A DNA stretch of 64,000 bases. Source: Hyphomicrobiales bacterium. Lineage in GTDB: Bacteria; Pseudomonadota; Alphaproteobacteria; Rhizobiales; TMED25. The notes under the pieces were generated by a model. That model made no database searches and had not been told where the DNA came from. It saw only the letters and a list, made by a program, of their open reading frames with translations. The stretch is from positions 24,633 through 88,632 of the forward strand of contig JAQWOP010000003.1 in assembly GCA_029245795.1 (NCBI GenBank), given 5' to 3'. Below, one piece after another: positions 25,964-33,574 of this stretch; within the stretch, counting starts at the first letter, position 1, and each line of letters begins with the position of its first letter. The position numbers and the translations under genes are program-made.

Positions 25964-28504
25964 CTAGTCAAGTTTTCCAATTGAGTGAGATATTAATATA
26001 AAAAGTATACCAGATTCCGAATCAAGTAATGATTTTATTTTATTTTCATCATTATCTTTCTGGTAATTTGATATGATTTCTTCAAATACCTTGAGGTATT
26101 TGTTAACCAAACTTCTAAAATTCTTATTTTCTGCATATCTCATTTTTATATTGTTGTATAATCTTTTGCCGGTTCTTGAGTATAACTTTTCATTTAAAGT
26201 TTCATTATCTCCATTATAATAGGACTCCCATAGAATACTTGGTTTTTTATTTGGCAGAAGTAATGGTAATTTCTCAAAATCTATTTTAATAATATCTAAG
26301 ATTTCATTTTCGATGACTTCAAAACGTTGATTGTCAGCTAAATATTTTTTTTCATTCATTCTTGATTTTGGGGATAATATTTCAGGTAATATCCAATCAT
26401 TAGATGTTCTTTTGATGCTTTTGCTAGATTTTTTATTTACTACTATAGGATTTCTTGTAATGTCAATTTCATTATCAATTTCTTCAATTTTTTCTATATC
26501 TCTATAATTATCATATTCAGAAATTAGCTTATTTAAATAATTAATTGCATTAATTTGTTCCTCAATTACATTTCTCATCTTTTCAAGATATTGTGATGTT
26601 TCGTCCGGTAATTCAAACAAGTCTTTTTTCATGATATTTCTTGTTTTTTCTAGTTCTTGAATTAATAAATTAGAAACTCCTGTAAGTTTTATTGCATTAT
26701 CATTATAAGAAGATGTTATCTGGGACATATCATTGTGTATTTTACTAACTGCATCCTTTTGAATTTCTATCATTTCAGAGGTAAGTTTATTTGTTGTATT
26801 TGAAATTTTATCCACTAAGTCAATTGAGGTATCACTAGCCTCGTCTCTGAAATCAATTATTTTCTTTGATATATCATTTGCAATAGTATCTATATTATCA
26901 ATTGTAGTAATACTCAATTCCTTTGACTTTTCGAGTAGATTAGAGGTAAGTGCTATTAATTTCTCTTCAGTATTACTTTGTAGATTAATCAGTTCAATAT
27001 CTGTCATTTTTACTGTCTGATCAAAATTTGATGCGATAGATTTTAAGATATCTTTAATTGTAGTATTCAGTTGATCAGTTGTATCTTTTGTTATCTCCTT
27101 AATTGATTCAATCATCATTTTTGTTTTTGCATTTAATTCTAATACTTTTTGATCAAAAGATTTCTCTATCTCAAACTTTTGTTTCTCAATTGATGAATTC
27201 GTATCATAATTTATATTTGCAAATATTTCTTTGAGACTAGAAATTTGATCTTGAATTTCTTCTGTTATATTTAGTGAGATTTCTTTTAGATTTTCAGATA
27301 AGTTTGCATTTACTGAAATTTCTTCTTGTAATTTATTGTCAATTTTTCTAACTGTGGATTGGCTTAAGCTATCTATTTTTATTTCATAATCTTTTGTTAT
27401 TTCTGATAATTTGTTGATATCATCTTTTAATTTCTGATACATATTTACTAATTTTGGTTCAATTACTTCACTAAATTGCAATAGTATTTCGTTTCCATCT
27501 AATATATTGTTTCCAATGGAATCGCTTGCTTGTATAAGGTTAAATATGGAATTATCAAGCTTTATATTTTGATCACTAATTACCTCATTTAAATGGTCTA
27601 AGTTTATTTCTAGCTCTTCTTTATTAGATAAAATAATAGTTGATTGATTTTTAATTTTTTCGTTTGTTATATCAAGATTTTCTAATATTTCTTTGCTATT
27701 ACCACCAATCATTGAAGAGGAATCTTTTATTTTCTCAATTGACAATTCAAAAGCATTAAGTTTTTCTGATATTTCGCTTTCAATTTCTGATAATCTTGAA
27801 ACGTAGCTATTAATTTTTGTTTCTAGTTGTTGCGAGTTGCTGCTATGTTTTTCAAGGATTTGTTCAATATCTGTATTTGTAGAATTTGCTGTATCAATAA
27901 TTTCACTTTTTTGCTTTTTTAATGCATCAATTATATTAAACATTTTATTCTCATTATTCATCATCGAGGATTCAATTTGTTCAATCTCTGCAGAGAGAGT
28001 CTTTTCAATATCAGAGGATTTTCTTATTGCTTCATTGACGGATGAAGTAATTTGGTTAATTTCATTTTTTATTGCACCACTTAAAGAGAGAATAGCTTTT
28101 TCTGAAGATTTTGCAGGATGGGTTAAACGTAATGCAGTTTTAAGAAGTCCATCTGAGATGACTGTTAATTCATGAAGTTTGCGATTTGTAATGAAATATA
28201 TCCAAATTAATGGAATAGGAATAATTCCAATTAGTGAATAAAATTGTATTTTTTGTATCTGAAAGATTGATATTATTGAATTCAAAGAAATAATTTCACT
28301 TTTGTGATTTAAATAAAGAAAAGCAAAAAAAATAAAAATATATGCAACGGTAAAAATAGTAGCTATTTTCCAATATTTATTAGATTTGCCTACTTTTATT
28401 TGTTCAATTAAATTTGCTGCATACAAGTCATCATCATTTGCATGGATTTTATTATTTGCATCTAAATTTTTTTTTTCATCTGTTTTGATTATTGTCTCAT
28501 TCAT
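25964..28504 (-). CDS. Large membrane-anchored coiled-coil protein of unknown function
   Basis: 846 aa. It has two N-terminal hydrophobic segments (YWKIATIFTVAYIFIFFAFLYL; FYSLIGIIPIPLIWIYFITN). About 550 aa of E/K/I/N/S-rich heptad-like sequence follow, then a distinct C-terminal ~130 aa (…WESYYNGDNE…MRYAENKNFRSLVNKYLKVFEE…SESGILFILISHSIGKLD). Confidence 0.65.
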   Translation of the reverse strand: MNETIIKTDEKKNLDANNKIHANDDDLYAANLIEQIKVGKSNKYWKIATIFTVAYIFIFFAFLYLNHKSEIISLNSIISIFQIQKIQFYSLIGIIPIPLIWIYFITNRKLHELTVISDGLLKTALRLTHPAKSSEKAILSLSGAIKNEINQITSSVNEAIRKSSDIEKTLSAEIEQIESSMMNNENKMFNIIDALKKQKSEIIDTANSTNTDIEQILEKHSSNSQQLETKINSYVSRLSEIESEISEKLNAFELSIEKIKDSSSMIGGNSKEILENLDITNEKIKNQSTIILSNKEELEINLDHLNEVISDQNIKLDNSIFNLIQASDSIGNNILDGNEILLQFSEVIEPKLVNMYQKLKDDINKLSEITKDYEIKIDSLSQSTVRKIDNKLQEEISVNANLSENLKEISLNITEEIQDQISSLKEIFANINYDTNSSIEKQKFEIEKSFDQKVLELNAKTKMMIESIKEITKDTTDQLNTTIKDILKSIASNFDQTVKMTDIELINLQSNTEEKLIALTSNLLEKSKELSITTIDNIDTIANDISKKIIDFRDEASDTSIDLVDKISNTTNKLTSEMIEIQKDAVSKIHNDMSQITSSYNDNAIKLTGVSNLLIQELEKTRNIMKKDLFELPDETSQYLEKMRNVIEEQINAINYLNKLISEYDNYRDIEKIEEIDNEIDITRNPIVVNKKSSKSIKRTSNDWILPEILSPKSRMNEKKYLADNQRFEVIENEILDIIKIDFEKLPLLLPNKKPSILWESYYNGDNETLNEKLYSRTGKRLYNNIKMRYAENKNFRSLVNKYLKVFEEIISNYQKDNDENKIKSLLDSESGILFILISHSIGKLD

Positions 28505-28788
28505 AGATTTAAGGCCAAATTATTCTAATTAAATTAGTGACTTAATATTATATACTTAATTTTCAATATTAAGTTAATAGAAAGTAATTTGCAAACAAAT
28601 TTTCAAGGAATGTCAATAATAAAATAACTTAACTATTCTATATTATATCGAATCTATTTTTTTTATTATACTAGATAGAAATAAACTCATATATTTGAAT
28701 TTAATGGAAAAAATTATTATATAAAAATTATAACAAATTTAAAAAAAAATCTCAATGGGTCAATAAAGATGAAAGTACAAAGATAAAG

Positions 28789-29109
28789 ATGGTCAATATA
28801 AATTTTATAAGTTCTAAAGGTGTCTTACAAAAAGCTGATGCAGTTGCTGGTGAAACATTAATGGAATGCGCTAAAAAAAATCAAATCCATGAAATTGAGG
28901 CGGAATGTGGAGGCGGTTGTTCTTGTGCTACTTGCCATGTTTATATTCATAAAGAATGGCTTGATAAACTTGAAAAACCATCTGAAATGGAGGAGGATAT
29001 GCTTGACTTTGCATTTAATGTAAAAGAAAACAGCAGACTTTCATGTCAAATTAAGATTGAAGATGTCCTTGACGGTCTAACATTAGAGACACCTGAAACG
29101 CAATTTTAA
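28789..29109 (+). CDS. [2Fe-2S] ferredoxin, adrenodoxin/putidaredoxin type
   Basis: 106 aa. CGGGCSCATCHV plus the distal SRLSCQ cysteine. Confidence 0.9.
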   Translation: MVNINFISSKGVLQKADAVAGETLMECAKKNQIHEIEAECGGGCSCATCHVYIHKEWLDKLEKPSEMEEDMLDFAFNVKENSRLSCQIKIEDVLDGLTLETPETQF

Positions 29110-29122
29110 GATAGGGAAAATT

Positions 29123-30145
29123 ATGTCAAAATTAATCGAAACGGATGCTTTGATAATTGGCGCTGGTCCCGTCGGTTTGTTTGCTGTATTCGAGTTAGGC
29201 TTACTTAATATTAATTGTCATGTAATTGATATCCTTGATAAACCAGGTGGGCAATGTGCTCAATTATATCCCGAAAAACCTATATATGATATTCCAGCCT
29301 ACCCAATGATTTCAGGCAAAGATTTGACAGATAAACTTTTGCTTCAGATAAAACCATTTTCACCTGTATTTCATTTTGAAGAGCTAGCTAAAGATTTGAA
29401 AAAAAATAACGATGGAACTTGGCATATATCAACAAAAAAAGGTCTCAACTTTCATGCAAAAGTTATTATAATTGCTGCAGGAGGTGGGTCATTTGAACCA
29501 AAGAAACCAAATATTCCAAATCTTGAAAAATATTTTGATCAAGTACGCTATTCAATAGATCAAATAGATAATTTCAAAAATAAAGATATTGTAATACTTG
29601 GAGGAGGTGATAGCGCCTTAGATTGGACAGTACAATTAAATGAAATTGTAAAAAGTCTTACGCTTATCCACAGGAGAGATGTTTTTAGAGGATCACCAGC
29701 GACCGTAAATAAAGTTATGGATTTAAGAGATAAGGGTGAGATCAAATTTCATGTTGGTCAAGTAAAGAATATTATAGGAAGTAATGGAATATTAGATGCA
29801 GTGCAATGTGAAAAAAAGGAGGGAATATTAGAAATCCCATGTGATATCCTCATGCCTTTTTTTGGCTTGACTATGTCTTTGGGGCCTGTTGAAAAATGGG
29901 GTTTAAATCTTTTAGAAGACAGGGTATCAGTAAGTACGGAAACCTATCAGACGAGTGTTCCTGGTATATATGCAGTTGGGGATATAAATACATATCCAGG
30001 AAAATTAAAACTAATATTATCAGGATTTCATGAAACAGCACTTATGGCTCATGCAGTATTTAAATACATCAATCCAGAAGAAAGATTAACGCTTCAATAC
30101 ACAACCACAAGTTCATCTTTGCAGAAAAAATTGCTAGCTAAATAA
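29123..30145 (+). CDS. Thioredoxin-reductase-like ferredoxin-NADP+ reductase
   Basis: 340 aa. IIGAGPVGLFAVFE, ILGGGDSALDWT, YAVGDINTYPGK. No CxxC redox pair, which is consistent with TrxR-type FNR. It starts 13 nt after the ferredoxin gene. Confidence 0.8.
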   Translation: MSKLIETDALIIGAGPVGLFAVFELGLLNINCHVIDILDKPGGQCAQLYPEKPIYDIPAYPMISGKDLTDKLLLQIKPFSPVFHFEELAKDLKKNNDGTWHISTKKGLNFHAKVIIIAAGGGSFEPKKPNIPNLEKYFDQVRYSIDQIDNFKNKDIVILGGGDSALDWTVQLNEIVKSLTLIHRRDVFRGSPATVNKVMDLRDKGEIKFHVGQVKNIIGSNGILDAVQCEKKEGILEIPCDILMPFFGLTMSLGPVEKWGLNLLEDRVSVSTETYQTSVPGIYAVGDINTYPGKLKLILSGFHETALMAHAVFKYINPEERLTLQYTTTSSSLQKKLLAK

Positions 30146-30247
30146 TACTTGCCTTATTAACAATATTAGAAAATTTTTTTATAAAAGAATGATAATTGAT
30201 TGATTAGTTTTTCTATTAAGTTTATATACAATATATCAAATTTGCTT

Positions 30248-30661
30248 ATGAGGTTAGATGTGACTAATAATTATATGCCAAGTGAATCTGAAGAATATAT
30301 GTGTGTTAAACATCTTGATTACTTTAGAGATAAACTTCAAGATTGGAAACAAGAGATAATTTCAAATTCAAAATTAACACTTGAAAGTCTTCAAGAAAAG
30401 AATTCTTTTCCCGATGATACTGATAGAGCTTCTAATGAAACAGATAGATCAGTGGAACTCAGATCAAGAGATCGTCAAAGAAAATTAATATCAAAAATTG
30501 ATAAGGCTCTAAAGAAAATTGATGAAGATGAGTATGGTTTTTGTGAAGAAACTGGTGATCCAATTGGTCTCGCCAGATTAGAAGCAAGACCAACAGCAAC
30601 CCTCTCCGTGGAAGCGCAAGAAAGGCATGAAAGAAACGAAAAAATATATAGATTTAAATAA
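30248..30661 (+). CDS. dksA: RNA polymerase-binding transcription factor DksA (degenerate Zn finger)
   Basis: SEEYM...LDYFRDKL. The coiled-coil tip DDTDRA matches DxxDxA. C-terminal region is FCEETGDPIGLARLEARPTATLSVEAQ. The track ORF begins at TTG 30200 with an implausible hydrophobic extension; ATG 30248 (or 30275) fits DksA length. Confidence 0.85.
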   Translation: MRLDVTNNYMPSESEEYMCVKHLDYFRDKLQDWKQEIISNSKLTLESLQEKNSFPDDTDRASNETDRSVELRSRDRQRKLISKIDKALKKIDEDEYGFCEETGDPIGLARLEARPTATLSVEAQERHERNEKIYRFK

Positions 30662-32342
30662 TTTCTTGAAAAATATTTTTCATAATTTTAATAAATCTTT
30701 TTGGATTTACTTAATTATATTTGTTCTTTTGTTCATTTTTTGTATCTTCTTATTTCCGACATATTTGTTATTATCATTTATTATATTAACTTGTTCACTT
30801 GGAATAGTTTCAATATATGATGCAATCAAAAATAAAGAAGTAATTTATAATGAGTATTTATATTTTGATCTCATCCCTTATCCATGTTTTGTAATAAATA
30901 AGAAATATGAGGTGAAATATGGAAATACTATGTTTCAAAAGCTCTTTAACCTTAGTGATATAGCAGATGTAGATTTAAATAAATTATTTAAGGATAATGT
31001 TTATTTAAAAGTAAGAGATTTATTTGAAGATAAAAATAATATTTTAGAGACTGAAATAAAAATAAGTCTTGATAATAATAAAACAGCTTCAGTATTGATA
31101 AAAAAAAATGACGATATTTTCCCTAATAGAATATTTGTTATTCTGATTGAAACAACAGATCAGGTTTCATTACAAGATCAATTTTATCAAAGCCAAAAAA
31201 TGCAATCAGTTGGGCAATTAGCCGGAGGTGTTGCTCATGATTTTAATAATGTATTAACAGCAATAATCGTATCTACAGATTTGCTTATTTTAAGGCATAA
31301 ACCAGAAGATCCAACTTTTAGAGAGCTGCATGCAATTAAAGATAATGCTCTGCGAGCAGCAGGCATAGTTAGACAGTTACTGGCATATTCGAGGCAACAA
31401 AATTTTAATATGGAAACAATTTTATTAACAGATGTTTTGCAAGAACAAGCAATACTTTTGAATCGATTAGTTGGTGATAAAATAAAAATCAAATTAAAAC
31501 ATGGCTTAAAATTGTGGAAAATAAGAGCTGATTTAAATCAATTTGAATCAGTTATTACTAATCTTGTAATAAATGCAAGAGATGCAATTGAATTAAAAAA
31601 TACTGATGGACTAATTGCAGTTGAGACAAAAAACATTTCAAAGCTAGAAATTCCAAAAGATCTTGATATTGAATTATCTCCTCAAGATTATGTTTTAATA
31701 AAAATTACAGATAACGGAATTGGTATACCTGATGATGTCAAAGAAAAAGTATTTGAGCCCTTTTATTCAACCAAAGGTCTTAAAGGAACTGGTTTAGGTT
31801 TGTCTATGGTATATGGTATTATTAAACAATTAAATGGCTACATTTTTATCACTTCACATCATTCGGAAAGAGGAACAAAATTTGAGATATTTATTCCTCG
31901 TGCGATTGAGCATGATGAAATAAGAAAATCAAATATTAAAGAGGGGGATATCAAAAAACCAAGAGATATTACTGGATCTGGAAATATTCTTATTGTTGAA
32001 GACGAAGACTCAGTAAGGACTTTTATAAAAAAAGCTCTCGAATTGAGTGGGTATAATATTACTCAAGCATATGATGGAGTTTCTGCTCTTAAAGATATTC
32101 ATGAATCTAAAGTCGCTTATGATCTGATTATTTCAGATGTTATGATGCCCGAAATGGATGGACCAACGATGGCAAGGGAAATTAAAAAGATAATGCCAAA
32201 ACAAAAAATATTATTTATTTCAGGATATACTGAAAGTTATCATGATAACCTCCTAACAGAGGATGAGGCTGTATCTTTTCTTAATAAACCATTCACACTG
32301 GAAGAATTAAATTTAACTGTGAAAAATATAATAGTTGATTAG
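30627..32342 (+). CDS. cckA: Hybrid sensor histidine kinase/response regulator, CckA-like
   Basis: 571 aa. N-terminal TM segments, PAS-like region, H-box GGVAHDFNNVLTAI, ATPase boxes DNGIGIP and GTGLGLSMVYG, C-terminal receiver ILIVEDEDSVR...DLIISDVMMPEMDG. ATG 30627 overlaps dksA by 35 nt; TTG 30666 is a non-overlapping alternative. Confidence 0.7.
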   Translation: MKETKKYIDLNNFLKNIFHNFNKSFWIYLIIFVLLFIFCIFLFPTYLLLSFIILTCSLGIVSIYDAIKNKEVIYNEYLYFDLIPYPCFVINKKYEVKYGNTMFQKLFNLSDIADVDLNKLFKDNVYLKVRDLFEDKNNILETEIKISLDNNKTASVLIKKNDDIFPNRIFVILIETTDQVSLQDQFYQSQKMQSVGQLAGGVAHDFNNVLTAIIVSTDLLILRHKPEDPTFRELHAIKDNALRAAGIVRQLLAYSRQQNFNMETILLTDVLQEQAILLNRLVGDKIKIKLKHGLKLWKIRADLNQFESVITNLVINARDAIELKNTDGLIAVETKNISKLEIPKDLDIELSPQDYVLIKITDNGIGIPDDVKEKVFEPFYSTKGLKGTGLGLSMVYGIIKQLNGYIFITSHHSERGTKFEIFIPRAIEHDEIRKSNIKEGDIKKPRDITGSGNILIVEDEDSVRTFIKKALELSGYNITQAYDGVSALKDIHESKVAYDLIISDVMMPEMDGPTMAREIKKIMPKQKILFISGYTESYHDNLLTEDEAVSFLNKPFTLEELNLTVKNIIVD

Positions 32343-32363
32343 TCCCAAATTCTAATTTTAAAC

Positions 32364-32403
32364 TTGACAACAAGAGAACAAAAAAGGTACAAAACACTAT
32401 AAT
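32364..32403 (+). promoter_or_regulatory. recA upstream region: TTGACA, GAAC-N7-GTAC (near-match to the alphaproteobacterial SOS box), TATAAT
   Basis: TTGACA at 32364..32369, GAACaaaaaagGTAC at 32376..32390, TATAAT at 32398..32403, recA ATG at 32434. TTGACA is 18 nt from TACAAA (32388..32393). Confidence 0.35.
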
Positions 32404-32433
32404 AAGTAATTTTTATTTGAAAGGTTTATAGTA

Positions 32434-33525
32434 ATGTCAGATAAGTCATTATATTCAGTTGATAAAGATAGTCCTACTGAAAGTGCAAAAAATAAAGCTT
32501 TAGAAACCGCATTAACCCAAATAGAGAGGTCATTTGGCAAGGGGTCAATTATGAAGCTTGGAACTGATGGTGTTGTTGTAGAAATAGAATCGATATCAAC
32601 AGGCTCAGTAGGACTTGATTTGGCTTTAGGTATTGGAGGTTTTCCCAAAGGACGAGTTATTGAAATTTATGGACCAGAATCATCTGGTAAAACAACCTTA
32701 GCGTTGCATACTATCGCAGAAGCTCAAAAAAAAGGGGGAGTCTGTTCATTTATAGACGCAGAACATGCATTAGATCCAGGCTATGCAAAAAAACTTGGAG
32801 TTAATATTGAAGAATTGCTTATTTCGCAGCCTGATACCGGAGAGCAAGCACTTGAAATAGCTGATACCCTCGTTAGAACAGGTGCTGTAAGTGTATTAGT
32901 AATTGACTCGGTTGCCGCTCTCACTCCAAGAGCTGAATTAGAAGGCGATATGGGAGACTCTTTACCTGGTCTACAGGCTAGGTTGATGAGCCAAGCATTA
33001 CGAAAATTAACTGGCTCTATATCTCGTTCAAATTGTATGGTTATATTTATTAATCAAATTAGAATGAAGATTGGTGTTATGTTTGGTAGCCCAGAGACAA
33101 CGACAGGTGGTAATGCTTTAAAGTTTTATGCCTCTGTAAGGATAGATATTAGAAGAATAGGCGCAATAAAAGAGAAAGATGAGGTTATAGGTAACGAGAC
33201 TAGATGTAAAATTGTTAAGAACAAAGTTGCCCCTCCATTTAAACAAGTAGAATTTGATATAATGTATGGTTTAGGAATATCAAAAAATGGTGAACTAATA
33301 GACTTAGGTATTAAAATAGGAATTGTAGAAAAAGCTGGTTCTTGGTACTCATATGGAGAAGAAAGACTTGGTCAAGGGAAAGAAAACTCAAGACAGTTCT
33401 TAAAAGAAAATATTGGAATTGCAGATGAAATTGAGAAAAAAATCAGGGATTTCTATGCTGCTAAAGTTGCTCCTGTAAATCCTCCGGATAGTGATGAAGA
33501 AAAAAATGTTCAGATCTCTGAATAA
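32434..33525 (+). CDS. recA: Recombinase RecA
   Basis: 363 aa. [12 protein letters not shown] Walker [10 protein letters not shown], canonical RecA sequence throughout. Confidence 0.99.
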   Translation: MSDKSLYSVDKDSPTESAKNKALETALTQIERSFGKGSIMKLGTDGVVVEIESISTGSVGLDLALGIGGFPKGRVIEIYGPESSGKTTLALHTIAEAQKKGGVCSFIDAEHALDPGYAKKLGVNIEELLISQPDTGEQALEIADTLVRTGAVSVLVIDSVAALTPRAELEGDMGDSLPGLQARLMSQALRKLTGSISRSNCMVIFINQIRMKIGVMFGSPETTTGGNALKFYASVRIDIRRIGAIKEKDEVIGNETRCKIVKNKVAPPFKQVEFDIMYGLGISKNGELIDLGIKIGIVEKAGSWYSYGEERLGQGKENSRQFLKENIGIADEIEKKIRDFYAAKVAPVNPPDSDEEKNVQISE

Positions 33526-33574
33526 AATTTAAACATTATAGATTTTAATCTATCACTAGTTTATAATTCTTTTT

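Noticed and set aside
27837-28175. 112-aa plus-strand ORF inside the coiled-coil gene
   Set aside because: It is antisense to a repetitive E/K/I/N-rich gene and translates to an F/S/I-rich string. No Shine-Dalgarno sequence and no motifs.
28540-28574. 10-bp inverted repeat ACTTAATATT-N15-AATATTAAGT upstream of the coiled-coil gene
   Set aside because: The arms are perfect but 9/10 A/T, in a 284-nt spacer that is nearly pure A/T. I cannot separate it from chance without a shuffling test. It is noted but not promoted to a finding.
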